Source: Bugula neritina (lineage: Eukaryota > Animalia > Bryozoa). From it: a DNA stretch of 64,000 bases. Below are positions 1 to 13,600 of the stretch, in pieces. Position numbers and translations under genes: made by a program. A model generated the notes under the pieces. That model was not told where the DNA came from, searched no databases, and worked only from the letters and a program-made list of their open reading frames with translations. The stretch spans positions 3,421,628 to 3,485,627 of the forward strand of contig OZ037771.1 in assembly GCA_964035545.1 (NCBI GenBank), written 5' to 3'. Position 1 is the stretch's first letter, and each line of letters opens with the position of its first letter.

Positions 1-728
1 TAAAACAGAAAATAATGCATTTAGAGGGTTTAAGTAAAGCATGCTAATAATAATAATGAGTGCTCTATTCACAAGTAACGGATATAATATATCGCCAGCA
101 TACTGACACCATAACTTAGAAGTCTCCCTTCCCTTCAAACAACCAACAGAAGCTACGAGCTGCTCCGATATCACAAGTATATTATAATATAAGTGCTAGA
201 GTTGAACTTGTAACCATGCAAAAACCTGACCCTATGGCTACACGCAAACTATAAACCTAATGAATTGACATAGATCACAGGCTATGCCATAAAAAAACAA
301 TTAAATCTAGCAAGGGCTCTGCTTTAGTAAAAAACACATTTCAAATTTCATAGCTAGTAATCATTAGGTTTCAAACAAACAAATAATATTTTAACACTGA
401 AGGACCTGAAAATAGATTATTTAATTGCAGCCAAAGAAAATGGTCACATTTCTTTCACCTTTCACCGCCGTGATCCTGCACGGGTGGCCAAAGATAATAT
501 TTACTTTATATGTAATCAAATAGAAACATTAAAAATAAATTGCCAGCAAAATAATTTTGCTATCATTTATTGTTATAAAATATTTTGTGTTTATATCATT
601 TATTTGCAAAACGACCACATTAACGAAAAATGCTAATATTTATTTACTAAATACAGCTCTTGTGAAACTTTCTTGTTAATTTGAAAACATTGATACACTT
701 GAGCTTGACATTGTAGACACAGATAGTG

Positions 729-1681
729 TTAGAGTATTCCTCCATAACCTAGCACACATATAAGTATAACCATTATGGTGGTATATACAGAAGGGTGGGT
801 AGTAGTTCCGTGTGAAAAGGCTTCGGCTAAATTAGAGTTGTTGAGGAAATTAAAGAAAGGTGTTGTGCCTTCCGTAACAGAGATTTTACTAGTGACAGAC
901 ACTTGCTCTGTTGGCGCATTAGTGGATGGCTTAGATGTAGGGGGTTTGGTAGTAGGGGGTTGAGTGGTGGATTCAGTGGTGGCAGGGGGTTGAGTGGTGA
1001 GGGATTGAGTGGTGGATTGAGTGGTGATGAGTTGAGTGGTGATGGGTTGAGTGGTGAGGGGTTGAGTGGTGGATTTAGTGGTGGGGGATTGAGTGGTGGG
1101 GGATTTAGTGGTGGGGGATTGAGTGGTGATGGGTTGAGTGGTGAGGGGTTGAGTGGTGGGGGATTGAGTGGTGGGGGATTGAGTGGTGAGGGATTTAGTG
1201 GTGGGGGATTTAGTGGTGGGGGATTTAGTGGTGGGGGATTTAGTGGTGGGGGATTTAGTGGTGGGGGATTGAGTGGGGGATTTAGTGGTGGGGGATTGAG
1301 TGGTGGGGGATTGAGTGGTGATGGGTTGAGTGGTGGGGGATTGAGTGGTGGGGGATTTAGTGGTGGGGGATTGAGTGGTGGGGGATTGAGTGGTGAGGGA
1401 TTGAGTGGTGGGGGATTGAGTGGTGAGAGACTGAGTGGTAGAAGAATCAGCTACTGAAGATGGGGTCACACCTGCAGACTTGATGACTGTTGCAGCCATA
1501 TCTCTATCACCAGAAATGTTGGCTGATTTTTCCAACTTCATCATGGGAGTTGATGCAGTAGTTGATTCATTGTCAGGCATCATAGCTGAGGTGGTAGACT
1601 GCAGGTTAGCAATCAGCTGTTGTTCGTCCTCGGCTATATTCATTTCTGCGGCTTCATTCAGAGCTTCCTCCATCCCCTCAA
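729..1681 (-). CDS. Terminal exon of gene A: acidic linker, TTQSP mucin stalk and GPI-like/hydrophobic C-terminal signal
   Basis: ORF 729..1709. The acceptor ataaag|TT at 1681 is phase 1 and matches the phase-1 donor CCAG|gtacaa at 2166. Its start VEGMEEALNE resembles gene B exon 44642 (VEDLEAEIGS). Confidence 0.7.
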
Positions 1682-4600
1682 CTTTATCAATAGACAAACA
1701 AACTCCCATAAAATTTGCTTAAAGTAAAATATTTTGTGAAGAGTTTTAATTGAAAAGTATTGGCGTTGATGTATAATACTATAATTATTGTAAATGGGAA
1801 CATTTTATTAGTGCCAGCATCTAAAATTGGTAAAGTTAAAAGATGATGAATGCACATAGATATGCACACCGTTAGTAGAATGAGGTCATTTATTAGCTAT
1901 TTCTTAAATGTTATTAAATTTCACAATATAATTTGTGCCAGTAGTGTAAAAGTAAACTATTAGCTGTTACTGAGACAGTAGTTAAAGATTAAAGTTTTAA
2001 TCAGACTCAAAACATTAAAACAGCAGATCAATAAAAGTTATGAAACATTGCTAGACATAAACAAACAGTGACAACAAATAATATTTTTGAAATAAATAAT
2101 TTAACGTAATAACTCTACTGACAGATCAGAGAAAGTCAACGTATACTATGAGCACCAAATTGTACCTGGGAAAACACCACCAGAAGCTTGCAAGTCTCCA
2201 GGAGATGGCGTGGTTGTTGGAACTTCAGTAAACGATTCAACTTCATCAACTGCTTCTTCTATCAACTCTTGATCCACAGAAGGAGATTCCACGACATTAT
2301 TAACCACTTCTTCTACAGACGAGTAGCTGCTAGCTACAACCTGCCAACACACACAGCAGAACTTACTAAACAGTCAACTATTGGTCAAACAGTTGAAAAC
2401 CATCCAATAAAAACACAACTTACATCATCTTCTGTTCCAGATTCCTGGGCAGCCAGACAGTCATATGAACACATGTCTCCAAAATCATCCACGTCTGCGC
2501 AGACATCATTGCAGTCCACAGACCTCTTGGGTCTAAGTTCCCTCTCCTGTTTCATCAACTCTGTTCTGTTGACTGCGTCTGGACAACCATGGATAAGAAG
2601 ACCAGTAGAAAGTTCCAGAAGAGCTCTGGGTGACCTCACGTATGTGTTCACAATATCTCTATAATGAAATGCAACCGCGGTAAAAATAACAGTTATAATT
2701 TGAAGTATAGGTACAAAAAGCTTCTGTGGTAATGGTAAAAAATTCAACAGTCACTAGTAGAGATCAGCCTTATATGCTGGAACTTATACAAGGTCACCTA
2801 AAAAGACAAACGATAATTATATACAAAGCTATTCATCAATATTTAAAAAACTATTTCAACATATTTGCTTCACTTGCCTCTACCTCTGACTTTAAGACAT
2901 CATCAAAGCTTTGCCACATTTAAAATATTGTTGAAAAAGCACCTACTAAAATCTTTAACTTAATCTGAATAAATAGTTCCCACTATTTTTTCAACTGCCA
3001 CTTGGGCCCCGCTCCTTGAATAGCTATGCTACTGAGCACATGGGCCCCCATCTTGACTTCGATTGATATTATATATATAAATTGAATTTAGCTCTTTTTG
3101 TGTTACTGTTGTATATTTGTATTTTTTTGTCTTTTTGTTTTTTTTTGATGGAAATAAAGAAAACAAACAAACAAACAAACTTGCAGAGAAATACTGCGAG
3201 GTAAAGTTTAGCAATACCTATGCTAGTTTGCAGACTGTCAGTCATGTTGGCATGTAAAGATCTGAAACACTTAACCAACTACCAACTTTATGAGCTAGCA
3301 GCTTTGATTGCGAAATACGTAATATGGTAGTAACAATTATAAGTATTTACAGAAGCAGAAGAATTTAGGAACTTGTAACCTACCCTGATGGATTGCTAAA
3401 GGCTATAACTGTACCAGACATCAACTCCTTTACCACCACACGCTGTTGTCCTTTGACTATTTCTGTGTCAATACGAAGTTTAATCTGATGAGCTCCATCG
3501 ACCTGCAACCAGCTCATGTAGTTTAATTATTCTAAATCTGAGACCACATTTAATAAATATAAATAAATAAATTTATAATAAAAATAATAACAAAGATTCA
3601 GAGGACAGCCTTACTAGGATCAGCTCACATTTTGAGGAAAGTTCTATCCAACCCAGCCTAGTGGAACTAGGCCGATGGTAGAAGGTTACACCAGCTAAAA
3701 GCTGGGTTACAACTAAATAATCAGCTAAAAGCTGTGATACAACTAATAATAATAATAATTTAATGTCTATAATCACACAACTGTAAGAATAATTCTTTGT
3801 CTAACCTCAACTTCTTGCTCAACAATCCATTCACTTGAAACAGAGCCATCTGGATGGTAGGACACTCTGTTAAACTTAGGGGGCATAGCAGCTCCCGGGG
3901 TGAATGAGTACACAACGTACTTTTCTGTGCCGTGCTCATAAACGGAGACTTCTTCTCGAACCATCAGAGACACCTGGTGGTGAACAAAGAACCACAGAGA
4001 CTTAGTCACTATCTATTGAACAAATTATTATAACAAAATACTCCAACGTAGAACTCCAAGACTAGCTAACTGATATTGACTTTGGGCAATTACTGTTGAG
4101 CAAAAGCTCGTAGCAAAACTTGTTCAAATCACAGTGAGAGAAAAGTTTTATGGCAGAAGTTTCACCTTATGCCTTATTCAGATAGCATACCTTCTTAAAG
4201 AATGTTGCTGAAACCTGAGTAGACCACCTAGCAAGGGTTCCTTCAAGTTTGAACCATTCATTCGACACCATTACAGTGTCTCTACTTGCTACCAGTGAGG
4301 ATGTCACTTCTGTCTCCATGACCTGTCTCTTAACAACATTGCCAGTGTTTACTGTTGTACCACTAGCGGTAACAGCCTCAGTACTAACTGTATTAGTGTC
4401 AGTGACAGTTGCAGTATGAGCCATAGTATGACTATCAGTACTAACTCCATCAGTGTCAGTGACAGTTGCAGTATGAGCCATAGTATGACTATCAGTACTA
4501 ACTCCATCAGTGTCAGTGACAGTTGCAGTATGAGCCATAGTATGACTATCAGTACTAACTCCATCAGTGTCAGTGACAGTTGCAGTATGAGCCATAGTAT

Positions 4601-7600
4601 GACTATCAGTACTAACTCCATCAGTGTCAGTGACAGTTGCAGTATGAGCCATAGTATGACTATCAGTACTAACTCCATCAGTGTCAGTGACAGTTGCAGT
4701 ATGAGCCATAGTATGACTATCAGTACTAACTCCATCAGTGTCAGCGACAGTTGCAGTATGAGCCATAGTATGACTATCAGTACTAACTCCATCAGTGTCA
4801 GTGACAGTTGCAGTATGAGCCATAGTATGACTATCAGTACTAGCTCCATCAGTGTCAGTGACAGTTGCAGTATGAGCCATAGTATGACTATCAGTATTAA
4901 GTGTATTAGTGTCAGTGACAGTTGCAGTATGAGCCATAGCATGACTATCAGTACTAACTCCATCAGTGTCAGTGACAGTTGCAGTATGAGCCATAGTATG
5001 ACTATCAGTACTAACTCCATCAGTGTCAGTGACAGTTACAGTATGAGCCATAGTATGACTATCAGTACTAACTCCATCAGTGTCAGTGACAGTTGCAGTA
5101 TGAGCCATAGTATGACTATCAGTACTAACTGTATTAGTGTCAGTGACAGGTACACCAGGAGTACTAAATGTAGGAGTAAAACCAGTAGGAGTGGTGAATA
5201 ATTCTAAATAATCTGTTTCTAGTAATGTAGTAATGGGTAATGGAGTAGTTGGAATGAGTGGCGGCCATGTTGAAGGTTGTGAAGACGTGAAAGGTGGCGG
5301 AGTTCCCATATCATCATCAAAGTATGCCAACTCATTGCATGTTTGATAGTCCCGATTGTTCACCAAAGTCTTTACGTGAGGATCTCCCACGGCCATCACG
5401 GTCACTCGGTCATTGGTTTTGAAGGACTAAAAATGTTGGCTAAATCGTTCAAATATTTTATTTTTTAAAATAAAATGCAAAAGCATTCAATCATCATATA
5501 TCATATCTGTTGAATAAAACAAAATAGAATTGTACATTTCATTCTCAAAACAAAATGTAAAAAATAATAAATTTATCGCAAATGTTGTTCACAGAGGATA
5601 ATAGAATGTAATACATGCCTTCTGAACTTTATAATCAACCAAGTGAGATGGTATATTGACGACACCAAAAGTCCCCATGCTTATCATTGGTAGTATTTGC
5701 TTCATGGCAATTCCAATATCTACATTCCGCTGCGCGCAGAAAGGGTGGAGATGCTTTGCAAGACACCGGAGTGGCGTGGCAGTGGTACTGTAACAGGATC
5801 ACATGCACCAACAACCAATAGAATAATTCCCTAGATAACACATTAGTTAGATATACAAGCGCAGAACTAAATGAAAATTACTTTGCAAGGCTCTGTATGA
5901 ACTTCACAATTCTCATTATGTCCAAGGGTTTGCGGCTGTAGGAACGGAACATTGTGGTGATTGTCTTCTCCATCATACCCAATGAGTTCTCTAGATCGCA
6001 CACCCTAGCTGCCTTTTCCAAGTGTTGAACCAAAAGCATCAGCCGGATTGAGGTTGATTCTGTAACAGGAAGTGTAACCACTTGACTCGTCGAGTTACTC
6101 AACTCTAGTCACACGACTGTTTAGATGTAAACTAACGATTCGAACTTCTACACGCCTATCGAGTTGAAATTCAAAACTCTATTGGTACACAGTTTATAGC
6201 ATTTGAGTTAAAGTTTTGCCATCTAAATCTTTTAGAAGAAGATGGGTATGTTTGGTAGCATTTAATGAAAATTTCAAAGAGCTCACCTTCTGGGTTTACG
6301 AAATCAAGAATGGGAGTACCATCATCATCAAAGAAACACTCAAGGAAGTTAAAGGCATAGCCAAAGTTTGCCTCCAACACTACAATACAAAGAATGGAAA
6401 AAGTTGACTAATGCGAACAAAAATACATGATTAAATTTTGTGCATCAAGAAAAATAAATTAATTCCTGTTATTTATGATGATGTTTACAGTTTAAATATA
6501 GATGACCATCCAATCTGAAAAAGCTGAATAAAACTTGCATTAAACATCATGTAAGAAATATGCAAAAGCACTTTGAAAAGTTAAAAGAATGTCTCAACAA
6601 CAGGGCATATCGATACAAAATACTGAATTCACCTTTCAGGGTTGCCTTGCTTGGTATTAGACCAGATCTATCTCTTGTACACATTCTCAAGGGGAGTGTC
6701 TCCATCCAAGGTCTAATGGCCGGCCATCTTTGTCCGCACGCTGTGCTTTTTAGACTGTTTGACATCGTACGGTGCATACACTTCTCCAGCACTTCTGACA
6801 TTCTGCTCATTTACAGGAGAACCGTGATTATAAAACAACAGATACACGAAACTCTAAACACGAGATGCTATGCTACACTTGAGACTATAATTGTTCCTCC
6901 ATGCAGTCGATATTGACACTACTACATCCTTGACATGCTGAATCTCAGCACTTTAGATGTGTGAGTGTTTTTACTGCAAGATTTACCGTGATTAATGCCA
7001 TAGAAAAAAATAAAGTAAAAATCCAACAAAAAAGGAGAGATATAAACTATATTTTTATCATCTTTAGTACCTATCAGCAAAATATAGCACATCAGTTTAG
7101 ATATTGCATACTGTATGATTTCAAGTATATAGTGGCATGGTATATTGACATAATATATTATTTTTGGTATATAGCAGTCAAAGATATTATATAATAAACC
7201 TGGTGTTAAAACTAAGAGATACAGCTATTAGACTTGAAAACTCAGCTGCTTCATTACAGCTACATAATTTTCATTATTTCTAAATGAAAACTTTACAAAT
7301 GGGTACCAATTTACCTGCAGAAATTATTGACATAACGAGGAAAACGGTCAAATGAGAAGACATCTTCTTCACCGAGGAGATCAATGTAGTCCATTTCCAA
7401 GTACGCGAACAGATGCCGCAGTTGTTGGTCTAATAAGTTGTAAAAGTATGAACCAGGGGCCAAGAACTTTCGACCAATGGCATTTTTCGCATAGATTAGG
7501 ACTGGTTGCATTGATAGCATCTATTAACATTAAATGTCATGATTGACTGTCAAACTGCGAGTAATACTAAATATTTTAAACATGGAAGTTGATAAAAAAG

Positions 7601-10600
7601 CTTTAGTAAATTATTTTGATAGATTTTATATATATATAAAAATTTAAAATAGCAGCAAATAAAAATAGTGGTCATTGCTCAACTTTAAAGACTCCAATGA
7701 ATGTAGCCAATGAAACAGTTGAATTATTCAGTGAGTGAGTGATTGAGTGAATGAGTAAGAGAGTGATTGAGCGAGTGAGTGAGTGATTGAGTAAGTGAGC
7801 GATTGAGTGAATGAGTAAGAGAGTGATTGAGCGAGTGAGTGAGTGATTGAGTAAGTGAGCGATTGAGTGAATGAGTAAGAGAGTGATTGAGCGAGTGAGT
7901 GAGTGATTGAGTAAGTGAGCGATTGAGTGAATGAGTAAGAGAGTGATTGAGCGAGTAAATGAGTGAATGAATGAGTAAGTGGGTGAGTGAGTAAGAGAGT
8001 GTTGAGCGAGTAAATGAGTGAATGAATGAGTAAGTGGGTGAGTGAGTGTTCGAGTAAATAAGTGAGCTAACTAGAGTGTAGTCATCACTGAATACATCCA
8101 CATATCTCACCATGTCGACTGTTGTTAAACTTTTCATCTTATCAAACATTTCTTCTGGGAAATTTTTGCCACACTTTGACTCTATAATAATATTATATTA
8201 ACATATAATATATATGTATTGCAAAGAATTGTAATAGGATAAATAAGAATGTATAATGCAAAGAATTGTAAAAGCATATATAACATTATATATTACAGTG
8301 AACTGCAATATCTTATAAAATAATAATGCATACAGATACAATGCACGTACAAAAACATATTTGTATTTATTTGTACATAATACAATAAAGCATACAGCCA
8401 TAAAGAAATCTAGACCCACCATCCGCTATGAGTTTCCTGTGTAAGAAGTTGAAGATAGCCTTTACCACATCCTTTAGACCTGGTTCATAGTGTGATGTCA
8501 TATCCGGTTCTGTGAAATGTCTCCAGCTGTCAGTAACAGCAGGACCCGGATCTGGCGAAGGGTTGATATCGTAGTTCATGTTAAGGTACGTGTTGGCTAC
8601 ATCCTCACAACTGATATGTCGCTCCCGCTCTAAAATAGTTACCTGCCAACTAATTACTCAAACTATACTTTTGCATTGAAAACTGCAGAAATTTGTCAAA
8701 AAATATTTCGTATAATAGATCAATGATCTTTAAATTTATTTAATTAAATTAATGAAGTGTAACAAGAACACTTTGTTTACTATAGGGTTGAGATGCCCCA
8801 GTAACCCTTTTAGTGTTATCGTTAGCAAGATGGCTTGCAATAAAAAGGTCTGAGGTTCGCTTGCGGTGGGGGGAATTAATTTACACTTACCAAAGATAAG
8901 ATCCACTAATTCTTTGAGTTTTAATCCTTTGTGATATTTCCCATCAACATTTGCCATGAACAAATGCTCACCTTTCTCATTCTGCACCTTATCAACCTGC
9001 CAATGTTTGACAGTCTAAAAACAAAAAAATATAAAAAAATACAAAATAATTGCATCACAATTTACATGTTGAACTAAAATGCCATTTAGTTGTTAACAGA
9101 ACAATACAAACTCTAAAATTCCTCTAATGATGCCAAACATAAAATTTTCAAATATAAAATTCAGCATGTTGCAAATATATTTATCAAAATATAAATTTGC
9201 CAACACACAACTTTTTAAAGTAGTGATTTCAAGAGAATATTTATATCAACATTTGATTTCCATAAAAAATATCTGAAAGTGATATGCAAGACAACAGATA
9301 TAGGGATTACCTCCCTTGCAGGTTCACTAAGAACGTAATGATAGAACCTCTTTTTTTCTTCTTCAAAGTCACGCTTCAACTGGTCCCGGTCAATAATTCC
9401 TTCTTCTGCAAAAACAAATGTCATACAAATGAAATCAACAGCAAAGAACGACACGACTGTGAAAAAAAGTACAAACATGAAAACAAAATTTGAAACATTG
9501 ATGGCATGAGACAATCAGGCGTCAAACAAGATTTGTGTAACTTTTTAAACTTAGTGTGACTATATTTCTAGCTAAAAATTACTTGTCAGTTACTATGATT
9601 GAAACACTTTACAGCCAACTTCATAGTTTCGTTAAAAATTAGTTGAAAAACTAAATATACACACATCTACAGATACTGACAAGAATAATTGTGTTATAAT
9701 AAGCTAGTAGCAAAAACTGTTTGGTGCAATAAAAACTACAACAATAAAAATTGGAAAGTTAATAAGTTAATAATAATAACTTTTTGCTAATATTGTTTAT
9801 TACATAATGCAAACATTACTAAAGACAGAATTAATTAGAAACAAGCTTTCTCCCAGCTATACCCACCAAACAGTCTCTCAACCATACTAGATGGAGTTCC
9901 ATCAATCTCCATTCCACTCCATCTCAATCTTTCAATACTCTGTAAATATACTTATATGTTACCACATGGAGGTGTAGAACAGAGTGGCTGGTTGAGAACA
10001 CAAGTATGATCAGAATAACCAGAATATGTCACATTTACAGGAATAAATGGTGATACAGAAAAGTCAAGAGAAGATGATTTCTATTTCATACCATGTAAAC
10101 GTTTTCCTGGCCTAATGCAAACTCATAGAATAAATTCTTCATATGTTTTTCTCTATACTCCATCATGAGCTGTTTAACATCTGTGGAGTTCCAATCAACT
10201 GAAAAAAAAATCACTTTAGGCAGCTTTAACAACTATTATGAAAATGCATTAGCTATGCACTAAGGAAAAACATTTTACAATGCACCAACAAGAACATTGT
10301 AACTCGTTTCATTTAGCTTTACAATAACCTAGCAAATTACTCTAAAAAATGATAATAACAAAATATTAGTGAAATGAAAATGATCATCACTTAATACTAT
10401 CTTTCATTGTTTTTGAATGGATAGCTACAACTTGAATACACAAACAATCTTTAAAACTCAATCAGGATGTCTCATATTACAAGTTGAAGTTATACTAACT
10501 TTTCTCTCGGAGCATTTTGAGATCAATCTGGTATTCCATATTTTGGTGTGAAGAGTTAGTCTTCATACTCCTGTATTGCTAGAACAAGATATTATACCAA

Positions 10601-13600
10601 GTTTTACGAGGAACTGTTTACATACATGTAGACTATATCAGATGGTTCACATAAAAATTCTTTAAAAGCGTTACTATAAATACAATAACAGAAGTTGGGT
10701 TCAAATTGCTTGTAACGTAACAATGCTAAAATAAATTACACAGCGTTAATGGTACCTCCAATCACAAATATAATAAAACTCTACGTAGCATTTCATAATG
10801 TTGAACAATTCCAAATTATAGAATACTAATCTACACTATTTTACAAATTTAGAAACATTTCAACGCTGCAAGTCCTTTAGTGAACTTATTCCACATCCTA
10901 CTAAACAGAGTACAACACAGAGTTGTCACTAACCAGAACATATTCTATGAACTTCCTGTTATGGTGAAGCGGACAGACTGCTGAATAGAAAGTATTATAC
11001 ACATCCTGGTCTTTGTCACTAGGAGGACCAACTCCAGAGGGTGTCATGTGATCGTTATGATTATTATCAGGCAGCGTAGTATGATGCTGTTGCATCATGT
11101 ACATCTCAATCACATCTGAACATCTCATGTTGTAGTTGTGTTCTGTAAAATATATAAGGATATCAACCATCTACGTATGTAAAAGAAATTGTCTTTTTCA
11201 ACCAAATAGAATAAGTATATAATAGTGGTTAGAAAAGTTCTCATATACATTCTATTAATAGTACTACAGAGTAGAACAACCATCTAGGCAGAAAATTATC
11301 TTCATTTGATTTATTAGAATAAATATATTCTATTGATTAGAAAGTTTCTTTTACATATCCCAATACTAGTACTACAGAATAGAACAAGCATTATGTACAA
11401 ACCATGTTCTTACAGCGATATGGCCAACTGGAATTATTTACAACTGCTGTAAATATAATGTTAGACTGTATCAAAGCAAAACTCAAAAACCACTTCACTT
11501 ACCAAATATTAGTTGTACTAATTCAGTCTCAGTCAAGTTGGTCATAAATGTGGAATTCACTTTAGCCTGGAACCTGTATTCACCTTTTCCAACTTGCCAC
11601 TTTTCTACTTGCCAATGTTTAGCAGTCTAAATAGACATGTCAAAATATTGCATGAATATTGATAAATTACATGCAAGCAGATGATACAAGCAAAGCCCTG
11701 AAACAATATTTTTATAAGATATGAACTGATACTTAGGTAGACACAGGAAACATAATGAGTTAGAGTTACCTCCCCTGCAGGTCCAGTGAGAACAAAAAGA
11801 TAAAACTTCTTCATTTCTCCATTAAACTCAGATAACAGCTCAGTTTTATTCACCAGTCCCATTTCTACAGATAATTCAGAATTTATACTAAACAGAAATA
11901 CATAATATACTCACTCTAAACAACTCTAAAAGAACCCTGTTTCCATTGGCTAGGAGATGTAGTAATGATATTATAACGAAATGTAATGCTACGCAAGAAA
12001 AAATATTGGAGAATATATACAGTTAATAAATGATAAGAGTGTTTCCTCCCAGATATGTCTAGCTATACTCACCAAACAGTCTCTCAACTATACTGGATAG
12101 AGTTACATTCATTTCCATTCCACTCCATCTCAATCTTTCAATACTCTGTAAATATACTTATATGCTACCACATGGAGGTGTAGAACAGAGTGGCTGGTTG
12201 AGAACACAAGTATGTTCAGAATAACCAAAATATGCCACATTTACAGGACTAAATGGTGATACAGATAAGTCATGAGAAGATGGTTTCTATTTCATACCAC
12301 GTGAACCTTTTCCTGGCCTAATGCAAACTCATAGAATAAGTTCTTCATATGTTTTTCTCTATACTCCATCATGAGCTGTTTAACATCTGTGGAGTTCCAA
12401 TCAACTGAAAGTAAAATATCAAGTTAGACAGCTTAAGCAATTATGAGAAATACATTAGCTATGCACTAAGAAAAAACATTGTACATTACACTAAGTATTG
12501 GCTATGTACCAACAAGAATATTGTAACTAGTTTCATTTAACTTTACCAACAGCCCAGCAAATCATTCCAACAAATAATGATTACCAAATATTAGTAAAAT
12601 GAAACTGATTTTCACTTTATAACATCGTTCATTGTTATTGAATAGACAGCTACAACTGAAATGTAAAAATAAACTTAAAAACTAAATCACAACAGTTTAA
12701 TGTTATAAGTTACATGTTAAAGATAAACTAACTTTTCTCTCTGAGTTTTTTCAGTTCCATCCGGTGTTCCATATTTTGGTGTGAATAGTTAGTTTTTATA
12801 CCCTTGTGTTGCTGGAACATAATAATAATAAATCATATTTTGTATCATTATACATGTTATTAGCCAGTAGTTATTATTATTCACATACATGTGAAGTATA
12901 TCAGGTGAGGTAACTAATATCTTACTTTAAACACGTTTCTATACGACAGACGACCTAATTTGGTTATAACATTTCGCAATGTTCAATTTGGATTATTAAC
13001 CAATATTTTTCATACATTTAAAAAATATTTTAAATGAATTCATTCCACTTTATATAATAAACAGAGTACAACACAGAGTTGTCACTAACCAGAACATATT
13101 CTATGAACTTCCTGTTATGATGAAGAGGACAGATGGCTGAATAGAAAGTGTTATACACATCCTGGTCTTTGTCACCAGGAGGACCAACTGGAGATGGTGT
13201 CATGTGGTCGTTATGATTATTATCAGGCAGCGTAGTATGATGATGTTGCATCATGTACATCTCAATCACATCTGAACATCTCATGTTGTAGTCATGTTCT
13301 GTAAAATAAGAAGGGATATTAACTATCTATGTAAAAAAAATTGCCTTTCCCAACCAAATAGAATAAGTATATAATAGTGGTTAGAAAACTTCTCATATAT
13401 ACATTTTAATAATAGTACTACAGAAAAGAACAACCATCTAGGCAAAAATTGTCTTCATTTGATTTATTAGAATAAATATATTCTATTGATTAGAAAGTTT
13501 CTTTCACATATCCCAATACTAGTACTACAGAGTAGAACAAGCATTATGTAAAAACCATGTTCTTACAGCGATATAGTCAACTGTAATTATTTATAACTGC

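Noticed and set aside
903-1457. Gly-rich GGGLS ORF (and the GV/RGG/W ORFs at 61259-61769)
   Set aside because: Antisense of Thr/Pro mucin repeats
729-1709. Stand-alone single-exon mucin gene
   Set aside because: No signal peptide; better explained as the phase-compatible terminal exon of gene A
4349-5201. Alternate-frame and antisense ORFs (223 aa Leu-rich, 261 aa Ser-rich)
   Set aside because: Artefacts of the stop-free 57-bp repeat
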